The notes beneath the pieces are model-generated. The model ran no database searches. It was given only the letters and a program-made list of their open reading frames with translations, and was not told the DNA's origin. This document shows, piece after piece, positions 27,963 to 37,379 of a stretch of DNA of 53,938 bases. The DNA is from Alphaproteobacteria bacterium (GTDB lineage Bacteria; Pseudomonadota; Alphaproteobacteria; RF32; CAG-239), in NCBI GenBank assembly GCA_045111335.1, contig JBGUGE010000062.1, positions 1 through 53,938 of the forward strand. The letters run 5' to 3'. The first letter of the stretch is position 1; the number at the start of each line of letters is the position of its first letter. Position numbers and translations under genes: made by a program.

Positions 27963-28589
27963 ATGGTGAAACCAAACAAAGATTTGTTGGCAGAAGCAAT
28001 GGAAAGAAATGCCGATCGCAAAAGAAAGTTCAACAGCAGGATTCTTAAGGGAGTGTTGGGGGTAAGTGCCGGTATTGCGATAGCTATGGGGCTTTCCGGA
28101 GTCAGTGAGAGCGAGGCAAAAGACAACACGGGTGCTCCTAAAAATCCGACGGAAAAGCCGATTCCTCCGTTTGTACCTGAAGAAACAAAAACCATTGCTC
28201 CGTTTGAAAATACCAGTGATGAGTGGGAACAAACCTTGAAAGAAAATGCCGATCTCAGTGATCGTGTGTTGGAGTTGCAGGAACAACTCGAATATAAAGA
28301 ATCCAAAGAATTTGATTTTAAAAAGCCGGAAAGATTGAAGGAAAGCGATTTTCCGAGATATACCATTACCGGAGATGCCAGTGATATTACGGTTGAAAGC
28401 AGAGGTATTGACGCCGGCGACATTCCGGTTGAAAATAAAGGGATCACAACGTGGCAAAATCAAGATGAAGCATCGGTTATCAAAGATTATTCGCAAAAAG
28501 ATACAAGCAAGCAGGCGCAGCACGATTTGGCTATGCAGATGATGAAGCATATCAAATCTAACTCCGGAAATTCCGGAGGTTTAGGCTGA
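27963..28589 (+). CDS. Hypothetical membrane-anchored, highly charged protein
   Basis: 208 aa with a basic N-terminus, one TM segment (GVLGVSAGIAIAMGLSGV) and an E/K/D-rich remainder. A strong terminator follows it. Confidence 0.55.
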   Translation: MVKPNKDLLAEAMERNADRKRKFNSRILKGVLGVSAGIAIAMGLSGVSESEAKDNTGAPKNPTEKPIPPFVPEETKTIAPFENTSDEWEQTLKENADLSDRVLELQEQLEYKESKEFDFKKPERLKESDFPRYTITGDASDITVESRGIDAGDIPVENKGITTWQNQDEASVIKDYSQKDTSKQAQHDLAMQMMKHIKSNSGNSGGLG

Positions 28590-28621
28590 TAAAGTCCTGT
28601 TGCCGAATTGACAATTTGAAA

Positions 28622-28653
28622 AATCTCCCGCCGCCGAAACGGGAGATTTTTTT
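28622..28653 (+). terminator. Intrinsic terminator
   Basis: ATCTCCCG-CCGCCGAAA-CGGGAGAT followed by T7. Confidence 0.7.
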
Positions 28654-28764
28654 GCAGCGTGAGCAATTAAATTTATCGCCATGGTATAAAATTGTTGCGC
28701 ATTCGATTTTTGAGGTTATACTATCGTCAGTATTGAATTATGTATATAATGCGGAGGTAATATT

Positions 28765-30327
28765 ATGCAGAAATCGGTTTTATCTGTGGCGGCAACAATC
28801 GCGATTTTATGGGGACGAAGCGTATGGGCTGAAGACGTTTCGGCATCTCTGAGTCAAGTACTGTCGCGGGCGTACGGGGCTGAAGTTGAAGCGCAAACAT
28901 CCGCAGACCAATGTCGGGTTCGATATCCGCAGGTAGCAATCGAAGACGAGGTTGTTAAATATAAAGATGGCGATAATTCCGAAACCACAGTCGAAACCGA
29001 AACAGTTGTCACAACCGTGGCGGAAACCGAGGCAGAGTGCCTTAAAATCGATGACTTTAAAAATTATCCGCAATACAAAATCCGCATAACTTCTCCGAAT
29101 AAACTTAAGGCGCAAATCTATAATAATTTCAAGTTGGCATTTATTAAAGACATTGCAATTAAAGAGTTTGTTGAAGAAATTGACGTGGTTCCGGCACTCA
29201 ATTTTATCCGTTCGAATAATTTGCAACTGAATGATGTTTCATATACCGAAACCGACGCTACTACCGGTCTTAAAAGCGAAATCGGAAACCTCAAAAATTA
29301 TCAACTTAACCGCCGACTTTATGCCGAAAACGGAAAAATTATTCAAGATACGGATATGTCGCTTGAGGCACTTAATTTGGTTTTGCCGTTTTTCTCTTTG
29401 CAAATAAAATCGGAAAAGCAAATCGCTCGAGTGGAATATACGGAGCCGACGGACGGTGAGTTTGATTATATGAACATGATTAACAACTTGCCGCATTTGT
29501 TGTCGGCAAAATCTTCTGCTACCAGTCACGGTATTAAAATCGGCGCGGATATGTTCGGGCTCGGCATCAGTTTTGATACGGAAATCAAGAATAATGTTCA
29601 GCGCACCGACAAAGACACGGTCTATGCTTTGGGCAGTATGATGTTGAAAAATATCTCTTTTAACGGTGATTTATTGGAAAAATCAAGCCAACCGAAGGCA
29701 GTTACTCTTAAATTTGCAATTCAGGATATTCCGTCCGCAAGTTTTAATAAATTGAGCAAAATTCCGGTAAACGTCAATATTGATATCGAAGATTATAATT
29801 TTAACAACGCTGAGCCGGAAAATAAAACGCCTGAGGAGGATACGGATTACGGCTTGATGAGTGCACAGATTATGGATGAGATTGCAGAGGCGGCAAAACT
29901 TTCCGGCAAAACGGAAATTGCGTTTGAAAATGCCGATATTACGGTCGATTATCTGTTTGAGCGGCGCAATAACTTTTTGCACGGCACTGCCAAAATTAAA
30001 GTTACAAACCTGTTTGATATTTTCCCGAAACAGAAACGTTGCCTCTCTAATCCGGCGGCTTCCGTTTGCAACGATAATTTCTTATTTACAAGCCTGCGGG
30101 ATTTGATTGACACAACGCAAAATAATTCGGAAACCGTTTATCGGTTTGAAGGGCAGGGTGTTTTCAAAGACAATAAAAAAATTGCCGATCCGGTGGAGCT
30201 GAATTTTGAAAAAATGTATCGCGAAAGCCAAAAAGAAGAGGATAAAATAGCCGATACGGAAAACGAGCAGACTCTGCCGGCAGACAAAGATTCGGCGGAT
30301 TCGCTCAACGAATTCGGACTTGAGTAA
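28765..30327 (+). CDS. Exported hypothetical protein (520 aa)
   Basis: Signal peptide MQKSVLSVAATIAILWGRSVWAE. I recognise no motif in it. Confidence 0.6.
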   Translation: MQKSVLSVAATIAILWGRSVWAEDVSASLSQVLSRAYGAEVEAQTSADQCRVRYPQVAIEDEVVKYKDGDNSETTVETETVVTTVAETEAECLKIDDFKNYPQYKIRITSPNKLKAQIYNNFKLAFIKDIAIKEFVEEIDVVPALNFIRSNNLQLNDVSYTETDATTGLKSEIGNLKNYQLNRRLYAENGKIIQDTDMSLEALNLVLPFFSLQIKSEKQIARVEYTEPTDGEFDYMNMINNLPHLLSAKSSATSHGIKIGADMFGLGISFDTEIKNNVQRTDKDTVYALGSMMLKNISFNGDLLEKSSQPKAVTLKFAIQDIPSASFNKLSKIPVNVNIDIEDYNFNNAEPENKTPEEDTDYGLMSAQIMDEIAEAAKLSGKTEIAFENADITVDYLFERRNNFLHGTAKIKVTNLFDIFPKQKRCLSNPAASVCNDNFLFTSLRDLIDTTQNNSETVYRFEGQGVFKDNKKIADPVELNFEKMYRESQKEEDKIADTENEQTLPADKDSADSLNEFGLE

Positions 30328-30393
30328 AAATATCCGGATAAAAGCTTGCTCGGCAAAAGATACAAATTTTTCACCGAAAACTCAAAAAAACAC

Positions 30394-30421
30394 TTGAAAA
30401 TTCGGAAAAATGTGGTAGAAA
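30394..30421 (+). promoter_or_regulatory. Candidate promoter of rpsB-tsf
   Basis: TTGAAA-N16-(TGg)TAGAAA. It would give a ~130-nt 5' UTR. Confidence 0.35.
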
Positions 30422-30557
30422 TAGCCCGAAGTCGCAATGGTGCGGCTTTATAACAACACACACGCAGACAGGCGGACGGTGCAAAAGCCGATTCGCTCCG
30501 GTGCCGATAAAGGCTGAGGGTCTGCGGAGGTTTAACCGGAAAAAGGATATATAAAAA

Positions 30558-31367
30558 ATGACAATTCCTACATTTACATTACGTCAGATGGTTGAAGCTG
30601 GCGTACACTTCGGACACCACGCTCGTCGTTGGAATCCGCAAATGGCTCCGTATATTTACGGCAAAAAAGATAATGTTCACATTATCGACCTGCAAAAATC
30701 TTATCCGATGCTTTATAATGCGCTGAACGCTACTCGTGATGTTGCGGCTCAGGGCGGTAAGGTTTTGTTTGTGGCTACCAAAAGACAGGCACAAGAAATC
30801 GTTAAGGAAAGCGCTGAGAGATGCGGTCAATATTATGTTAACTATCGCTGGCTCGGCGGTATGTTGACCAACTGGAAAACCGTTTATAAATCAATTACGC
30901 GCTTGAACAAGCTTAACGAAATGGAAGAGAAAAACGCCTATGAAGGCTACACCAAAAAAGAAATTTTGAACCTCAAAAAAGAACGCGAAAAATTGGCGAT
31001 TGTTTTGAACGGTATCAAAGATATGGGCGGTCAGCCGGATTTATTGTTTGTAATTGATACGCCGAAAGAAGCTTTGGCAGTTAAAGAAGCTAAAAAACTG
31101 GGTATTCCGGTTGTCGGTATTGTTGATACAAACGCTAATCCGAATGAAGTTGACTATCCGGTGCCGGGTAATGATGATGCTTTGAGAGCTATTCAGTTCT
31201 ATTGCGATTTGATTTCCGGCGCTATTTTGGATGGTGTTTCTGCCGAAATAGCGGCAAAAGGCTTGGAAATTTCTGACGCCGAAGTAGTATCGGAAAAAGC
31301 TGCGCCGAAGAAGCGCGCGCCGCGTAAAACTAAGGCTGCCGCAGAAGCGGAAGCTTCTGCCGAATAA
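30558..31367 (+). CDS. rpsB: 30S ribosomal protein S2
   Basis: 269 aa with MVEAGVHFGHHARRWNP and GGMLTNW. Confidence 0.97.
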   Translation: MTIPTFTLRQMVEAGVHFGHHARRWNPQMAPYIYGKKDNVHIIDLQKSYPMLYNALNATRDVAAQGGKVLFVATKRQAQEIVKESAERCGQYYVNYRWLGGMLTNWKTVYKSITRLNKLNEMEEKNAYEGYTKKEILNLKKEREKLAIVLNGIKDMGGQPDLLFVIDTPKEALAVKEAKKLGIPVVGIVDTNANPNEVDYPVPGNDDALRAIQFYCDLISGAILDGVSAEIAAKGLEISDAEVVSEKAAPKKRAPRKTKAAAEAEASAE

Positions 31368-31397
31368 GCTTTAAGAGCCGATACGGTATGAGTTGAA

Positions 31398-31432
31398 GGC
31401 GCGGTAGTTTATCTGATTGCCGCGCCGTGTTT
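31398..31432 (+). terminator. Weak hairpin/attenuator between rpsB and tsf
   Basis: GGCGCGG/CCGCGCC 7-bp stem with a 15-nt loop, followed by GTGTTTG. The T-tract is poor. Confidence 0.3.
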
Positions 31433-31469
31433 GAAAAGTTAATATTTTGAATAATAAGGGATTAAAATA

Positions 31470-32393
31470 ATGGCAGATATTACAGCCGCTATGGTAAAAG
31501 AATTAAGAGAAACAACCGGCGCCGGTATGCTTGATTGCAAAAAGGCTCTGGTTGAAGCAAACGGAGATATGGAAACAGCCGTCGATTGGTTGCGCAAAAA
31601 AGGTTTGGCTTCGGCCGCCAAAAAGTCCAGCCGTATTGCCGCCGAAGGTTTGGTTGCGGTTTATGTTGAAGGCAATAAGGGTGCCGCCGTTGAGGTTAAC
31701 TCCGAAACCGATTTCGTGGCCAAAAACGACATCTTCCAAGCTTATGTTGAAGACGCAGCCAAAGTTGCTCTCGCTAACAACGGTGATGTTGAAAAAATGA
31801 AAAATGCCCAAGATGCCAGCGGTAAAACCTTTGGTGACCGCCTGACCGATATGGTGGCTCGCATTGGCGAAAACATGAATTTGCGTCGTGCTAAAGTTGT
31901 CAGCGTAAACAACGGTTTGGTTTGTTCCTATGTTCACAATGCGGCCCGCGCCGGCTTAGGTAAAATCGGCGTTTTGGTTGCTTTGGAATCGACTGCCGAT
32001 AAAGCAAAATTGGCTGATTTGGGCAAGCATATTGCAATGCACGTTGCCGCCGCTCAACCGATTGCTTTGAATATTGCAAATGTGGATCCGGCAGCCGTTG
32101 AGCATGAAAAATCAATTTTTGCAGAACAAGCTGCAGCCTCCGGCAAACCGGCAGCCATCATCGAAAAAATGGTTGAAGGTCGTATCCGTAAATTCTATGA
32201 AGAAGTGGTTTTGGAAGAGCAAAACTACATTATGGATCCGGATAAGAAAGTTAAAGATGTTATTGCCGATGCGGCCAAAGAATGCGGTGCCGACATTAAG
32301 TTGACGGACTATGTGTTCTATAAATTGGGTGACGGTTTGCAAAAGAAAGAAGAAGATTTTGCAGCCGAAGTTCAAGCACAGTTGGCAAAATAA
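31470..32393 (+). CDS. tsf: Elongation factor Ts
   Basis: 307 aa with [24 protein letters not shown] (UBA-like N-terminus). Confidence 0.97.
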   Translation: MADITAAMVKELRETTGAGMLDCKKALVEANGDMETAVDWLRKKGLASAAKKSSRIAAEGLVAVYVEGNKGAAVEVNSETDFVAKNDIFQAYVEDAAKVALANNGDVEKMKNAQDASGKTFGDRLTDMVARIGENMNLRRAKVVSVNNGLVCSYVHNAARAGLGKIGVLVALESTADKAKLADLGKHIAMHVAAAQPIALNIANVDPAAVEHEKSIFAEQAAASGKPAAIIEKMVEGRIRKFYEEVVLEEQNYIMDPDKKVKDVIADAAKECGADIKLTDYVFYKLGDGLQKKEEDFAAEVQAQLAK

Positions 32394-32400
32394 GTTAATC

Positions 32401-32443
32401 AAGGCGGTGTTCTCATTTGGCGGGAACATCGCCTTACTTTTTA
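32401..32443 (+). terminator. Intrinsic terminator after tsf
   Basis: AAGGCGGTGTTC/GAACATCGCCTT 12-bp stem (1 G-U pair) followed by ACTTTTTAT. Confidence 0.55.
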
Positions 32444-32457
32444 TAGAGAGTAAAACC

Positions 32458-33030
32458 GTGTCAAAAGAAAAAATCGAAACTCCGAAAGAAAATCCGGCGC
32501 CGGTTGCGGCCAAGAAAAGTATTTTTGCGTATTGGAACGGTGCCATGCAGCAAATGCTTGTGCTGAAAGGGCGTGATTCGCGCTATTCTTTTTGGTCGTT
32601 TATGTCCGTAAGCCTGGTTATTTTTTTATTGACGGTTTTTTGCGGAAAAATTCTGGGCGAAACTAAGTTGGTGATGAACATTTTTGCGCTTTACTTTTTG
32701 TTTCCGGCCACCTCGATTACGGTGCGCCGTTTGCATGATTTATCGCTTTCCGGTTGGTGGTGTCTGCCGATGATTGCAGTTGCCCTGGCATTTTTCGGCT
32801 TGTGGGATTTCGGTTATAAGGCATGGCTTGAGTATCTGGTATTTATCACCCTCGGTTACGGTTCTTTTCTGTGCTGGATTTTGTGCGGTCGCGGTATACC
32901 GGCGGACAATAAGTACGGCGGAGTTATAGAAGAGGCCGCTGAAAGCAATTTAGACAGCCGCGCACTCATGTGCTTTATGGCCGCATTTATTATCGGTTTG
33001 TGGCTGATTTTCTTAACTCATATTTGGTAA
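32458..33030 (+). CDS. DUF805-family inner membrane protein
   Basis: GTG start just after the tsf terminator. The N-terminal motif YWNGAMQQMLVLKGRDSRYSFWSF is followed by hydrophobic segments and RRLHD. Confidence 0.6.
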   Translation: MSKEKIETPKENPAPVAAKKSIFAYWNGAMQQMLVLKGRDSRYSFWSFMSVSLVIFLLTVFCGKILGETKLVMNIFALYFLFPATSITVRRLHDLSLSGWWCLPMIAVALAFFGLWDFGYKAWLEYLVFITLGYGSFLCWILCGRGIPADNKYGGVIEEAAESNLDSRALMCFMAAFIIGLWLIFLTHIW

Positions 33031-33032
33031 AA

Positions 33033-33866
33033 TTACAGCAATTCGGCTAAACTCAAATATTGTTGCGGCGTCAGGTTTTCGGCGCGCGCGGTTAAATCTA
33101 TGCCGGCTTTTGCGCACAATTGCTCTAAATCCGGTACGGATTTGAGACTTTGGCGAATCATCTTGCGACGTTGCCCGAAGGCCAATTCCGTCAGTTTTTC
33201 CACTTTTTGCAAAATATCGCTTGTCGGAAGTTGCGGCAACGGACGGAACAATAACACGGTTGACCATATTTTCGGGGCCGGCACAAAACAATTCGGATTT
33301 AGGTTGAACAGGGTTTTGATTTGGCAAGTCAACTGAGCCATCACCGAAATTCTGCCATAAGCTTTACAATCAGGGGCGGCGGTAATGCGTTCCGCCACTT
33401 CTTTTTGAAACATCAGCGTCAGGCTGTCGAAGGCGCACATATTTTTCAGCCAGCTCAAGAGTAACGGCACCGAAATATTATATGGCAGATTGCTGACAAT
33501 ATTTTTAGTTTTGCCCTGCGCCGCCGCAAAGTCATATTGCAACGCGTCGCCTTCAATTATTTGCAGTTGTGCTCCTACTGCGTTTTGAATATCCTGCATA
33601 ATCTTTATGCAACGGCTGTCCATCTCAATAACCGTCAGACGTTGCGGATTTGCCTTCAGCACGGCGCGGGTTAATCCGCCCGGACCGGGGCCGATTTCAT
33701 AAACATATTCACCGGAAAAATCGTTTTTTCCCTGTGCCGCCAGTGAGCTGCGGACAATTTTGTCCGTGATATTCATATCCAACAAAAAATTCTGACCGAG
33801 CGATTTCTTTGCAAGCAACTCGTATTGTTCGACGGTATCGCGCAGACTTGGCAGTTCGTTTATCAT
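33033..33866 (-). CDS. rsmA: 16S rRNA (adenine1518/1519-N6)-dimethyltransferase
   Basis: 277 aa with KSLGQNFL, EIGPGPGGLT and SNLPYNIS. Confidence 0.92.
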   Translation of the reverse strand: MINELPSLRDTVEQYELLAKKSLGQNFLLDMNITDKIVRSSLAAQGKNDFSGEYVYEIGPGPGGLTRAVLKANPQRLTVIEMDSRCIKIMQDIQNAVGAQLQIIEGDALQYDFAAAQGKTKNIVSNLPYNISVPLLLSWLKNMCAFDSLTLMFQKEVAERITAAPDCKAYGRISVMAQLTCQIKTLFNLNPNCFVPAPKIWSTVLLFRPLPQLPTSDILQKVEKLTELAFGQRRKMIRQSLKSVPDLEQLCAKAGIDLTARAENLTPQQYLSLAELL

Positions 33867-35068
33867 ATTTTCTTTTCAATCAAAGCCTTGTTGCGTAAAT
33901 CGCGCATATATTTGATAGAATATTCTTCCAGTTTTTTGTTTTGCAAATAAGCGCGGATTTCTTTTTTGCTCGGGAACGACTTGGCGTCACGTTGCGGATC
34001 GAAAATCTTATCAAGTTTCAAAATATAATATTCGTTGCCGTATGCAATCGGGTTGGAAACGTCGCCTTCTTTCATTTTATTGAGAGCATTTTCAAAAACC
34101 GCCGGTAATTTACCTTTGGTTACCCAGCCCAAACGCCCGCCGTTAGCAGCACTCGGACTTTGCGAAAACTGGGTGGCATAAAGCTCAAACCGCGGATCGT
34201 GGCGCAATGTTTCTACCAGCGAATTGATTTCTTTGGCATCTTTTTTGCTGATAACGATTTCTGAAACCATTTTCTTAGGTTGGGCCATATCTTTCTTTAC
34301 ATCATCAATTGCCCGATTGATTTCGGATTCGCTGACGGAGATGTGACTGCTGGCCTTATTACTTATCAACTTTCGCCACGCAATATCCGATTCGATTTGG
34401 GTAGCCCAAACCTTCATACTGACATTGGCATCATTTAAGATTTTGCGCAACTCTCCCGCCGGCAGGTTATTGGACTGCTCAAACGTTGTGATGGCTTTGT
34501 TAATTTCATGTTGGGTTACGCGGATTTTATTTTTCTTGGCCTCCTGTAACTTTAATTTTTCATCAATAGCACCCTGCAAAACACGGTCGGTAATCATCTT
34601 TTTGGTTTGCGCATTATACGGAATACCGGTAGTCAGAATAAAGGCATTAATACGGCTCTGCATATCGCTGCTGGAGATAACTTCACCATTTACCAATGCA
34701 AAAATTTTCAGTTTGTTGCCGTAAAGTGTAATCGGGCGCAGTGCCTGTGCACGGCGGCGTTCGGCTTCCTCGGCGGCACGTACCTGAGCTTCATACTCGG
34801 CCTGCCGGCGAGCCATTTCTTTTTGTTGGCGGGCATATTCTTCGGTGCGTTGGCGCACGATTTCCCGCTGTTTTTCAATTTCGGCTTTTTGTTCGTCACT
34901 CAGCATATTATATTGTTCGGCGTTGCGGCGGAACATCAGCGAATTACTGCTCGGCTGCGATGCCCGCGATTGCGCATCGATTTCCTTTAAGTCGACATCT
35001 TCCGCTTGAGTTGTGGAAATATACGTTAAAATAGCTGCAAAAAAGATTATTATTTTTTTCATATTCAC
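33863..35068 (-). CDS. surA: SurA-like periplasmic chaperone / peptidyl-prolyl isomerase with an N-terminal charged coiled-coil insert
   Basis: Signal peptide, SurA N-domain-like region and one parvulin-like domain (GGRLGWV...). It sits between lptD and rsmA. Confidence 0.7.
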   Translation of the reverse strand: MNMKKIIIFFAAILTYISTTQAEDVDLKEIDAQSRASQPSSNSLMFRRNAEQYNMLSDEQKAEIEKQREIVRQRTEEYARQQKEMARRQAEYEAQVRAAEEAERRRAQALRPITLYGNKLKIFALVNGEVISSSDMQSRINAFILTTGIPYNAQTKKMITDRVLQGAIDEKLKLQEAKKNKIRVTQHEINKAITTFEQSNNLPAGELRKILNDANVSMKVWATQIESDIAWRKLISNKASSHISVSESEINRAIDDVKKDMAQPKKMVSEIVISKKDAKEINSLVETLRHDPRFELYATQFSQSPSAANGGRLGWVTKGKLPAVFENALNKMKEGDVSNPIAYGNEYYILKLDKIFDPQRDAKSFPSKKEIRAYLQNKKLEEYSIKYMRDLRNKALIEKKI

Positions 35069-35075
35069 TCCTTTT

Positions 35076-37379
35076 TTATGAACCGAAACTACCGATGGTC
35101 TTCAAATAAAACGTCATACCGAATTCATAATCGTTCTTTAAATTCGGGTTGCTGGTGTTATATTTTTTGAAAGATATATCCCAAGTAAAACACTCATCAT
35201 CATAAATAGCTCTGCCTCCGTGCTCCAAGCGTCCGCGACGTTTTTTGGTTAAATCCTCCAAATTGTAAACGGACACTTTCCAATGCTCGGAAATCTCGGA
35301 AGTCAGAGAGGTATAAAGCTCTTTGCGCTCCGAATATCTGTCAAAGTAATGTGTGTTACCTTGCAAAAAGATATAAGATACATTCAACTTTAACAGTGCC
35401 GGACCGACACTCGTCCCCAATTCACTGTATTTAGCATTCAAATTGTTTTTATCAAGACGGAAACGATAATTCAGGTTCAGATATTTGTTCGGATCGGCAT
35501 TGATTCGACCGACCAAATCGCTGAAATGTGTTGCATCCTGATTATCCAAACCCTGAATAAAGCTTGAGCGCCGACTGCGTTCGAAACTTTGTGCCACAAA
35601 AGCCGAGGTACGGCCGAAGATGTTGCCGTACGAATTCCAACGCATACCATAACTGATGCGACTGCCCGTATCATTTCGGTCATAGCCGGCATAACGGTCC
35701 AAATCCAAAACGTTGGTATCGTCCAAATAAACATCTTCACTGTCTTCGTTAGGGATTTTTTCTACTTTGTTACCGCCGTCAGGTGCTACAACACCGACAA
35801 TCACCGGCTCAACAATTTGTCGTGAGGTCGGGGTTGCTCTGACAAACGGCAGGTGCCATTCTACACCGGCCTGCGGAAAAACGCGCGCCGTGGTACCGGT
35901 ATAATTTTGGTTGGTGCTGTAGGCATAGCGATTAACGTAATAGGCGTCAGACTTAAGTGAGGTAACAAAGCGATACTTTTCGCCAAATGAGGTAGTGAAC
36001 GGAAGTTCCCACGAATTAATCGAGGTCAGACGCTGAGTTTGCGAGCCGTTCTGGTGATACACCGAAGCGGTGCTGAAATTGTTCTTGAAATACGAGCCCC
36101 ACGCCTGCGGATCAGAATAAAATTCGGCCTCTGCCAACGGCGCAACAAACGGTTTTTTGTTATTGAGTTCTTCAAATTGTCGAACATTACGGCGGTGCAG
36201 ATTATAACTCAAAATTTTGTAATAATAAGCCTCAACCGATGCATAATCACGCCCCGAAAAACGCTCAAACTTAATATCCGAAGTCAGCCATGCATCGTCC
36301 TGATGCGGTAAATCCAAATCTTTGAGATAAACATAATCGGAAACATAATTCAAATCATAGGTCATTTTCCAATAATCATTGATATCGGTACGCCCTTGCG
36401 CAAACAAATGCCCGCGGTGGTTAGGGCGATTTTTGTATGCGTTATCGTTTTTATCCGGATTGTCGTCCAAATAAGAACCGCTTATTTCCGTAAAAGAGTC
36501 GTAAAAATAGTGCGAAAAACTGCCGCTCCAGACAATATCTTTTTCCGAAGAATAAATAGGTGTAAACAAAACGTTGGTCTGATCATTGACTGCCCAGAAA
36601 TAACGCAATTGAAAATAAGCATCCAAATAACTGGAGCTGCCGATAGTAGGTGCCAACAAGCCGGAACGGCGCTTAACCGTCGGATCAGGATGGGTTAAAA
36701 ACGGCGTGTAAAAAAACGGCACCGATTTAAAATACATCAACGCGTGGTTATAATATACGTTTTGGGAATCTTCTTTGTGCTGCACTTTCAGAGCGCTGAC
36801 ATGCCACAGCGGACTTTTGCCTTCGCAGATATCGCAAGCGGTGTAAGTGGCTTTGCGCATAACTTTGGTGCGATTGTTTTTCTTTACAAAATATTCGGCC
36901 GTAACATGCGATTTGTCTTTCATTAAAACTTTAACATTTTGCATGGCGCCGATGCTCATATTATCAGATAGTGCAACCTCATCGCTATCGATGACCGAAC
37001 CGTCGGTTGTATACATTTTGACGTTACCGATGGCGGTCAGAGTATCGGCATTTTGGTCATAAACCACCTTATCGGTGGTCATACGCATACCGTTGTAGAC
37101 AATCTCAACATTACCCTGTGCCGTAACGATTTGGGCGGCATCGTCGTTAATCATTTCATCGGCCGAAAAGTCGATGGCGTCGTCACTTTCATCGGTATTT
37201 TCGGACACTACCGTCCCTAATTCCGTAATATTATTTGTAACAAAAAAGGTGGCTTCCGGCTCCTTTTTTTCTTGGCGGATGACTTCTCCGGCTTCGGTAA
37301 CGGCCTGTACCGAGGTGCTTATCAGCATCAGCATGAAGACATACGAAAATATTTCACAATAACGTTTATTCGTTTGCAT
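35076..37379 (-). CDS. lptD: LPS-assembly outer-membrane protein LptD
   Basis: 767 aa with a signal peptide, an OstA-like N-domain (ADxxxYDxxxxxxxAxGNV), a large Y/F/W-rich beta-barrel and a C-terminal aromatic end. Confidence 0.85.
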   Translation of the reverse strand: MQTNKRYCEIFSYVFMLMLISTSVQAVTEAGEVIRQEKKEPEATFFVTNNITELGTVVSENTDESDDAIDFSADEMINDDAAQIVTAQGNVEIVYNGMRMTTDKVVYDQNADTLTAIGNVKMYTTDGSVIDSDEVALSDNMSIGAMQNVKVLMKDKSHVTAEYFVKKNNRTKVMRKATYTACDICEGKSPLWHVSALKVQHKEDSQNVYYNHALMYFKSVPFFYTPFLTHPDPTVKRRSGLLAPTIGSSSYLDAYFQLRYFWAVNDQTNVLFTPIYSSEKDIVWSGSFSHYFYDSFTEISGSYLDDNPDKNDNAYKNRPNHRGHLFAQGRTDINDYWKMTYDLNYVSDYVYLKDLDLPHQDDAWLTSDIKFERFSGRDYASVEAYYYKILSYNLHRRNVRQFEELNNKKPFVAPLAEAEFYSDPQAWGSYFKNNFSTASVYHQNGSQTQRLTSINSWELPFTTSFGEKYRFVTSLKSDAYYVNRYAYSTNQNYTGTTARVFPQAGVEWHLPFVRATPTSRQIVEPVIVGVVAPDGGNKVEKIPNEDSEDVYLDDTNVLDLDRYAGYDRNDTGSRISYGMRWNSYGNIFGRTSAFVAQSFERSRRSSFIQGLDNQDATHFSDLVGRINADPNKYLNLNYRFRLDKNNLNAKYSELGTSVGPALLKLNVSYIFLQGNTHYFDRYSERKELYTSLTSEISEHWKVSVYNLEDLTKKRRGRLEHGGRAIYDDECFTWDISFKKYNTSNPNLKNDYEFGMTFYLKTIGSFGS

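Noticed and set aside
27827-28550. Two long minus-strand ORFs (206 and 205 aa) overlapping the plus-strand 27963..28589 gene.
   Set aside because: Their products are S/F/L/I-rich low-complexity translations, as expected for the antisense of a purine-rich (GAA/AAA) gene. The plus-strand ORF has a TM anchor and plausible composition and is followed by a strong plus-strand terminator.
32311-32457. Upstream extension of the DUF805 ORF to an ATG at 32311.
   Set aside because: The extension overlaps the 3' end of tsf and runs through the tsf terminator hairpin. The conserved DUF805 N-terminal motif begins after the GTG at 32458.
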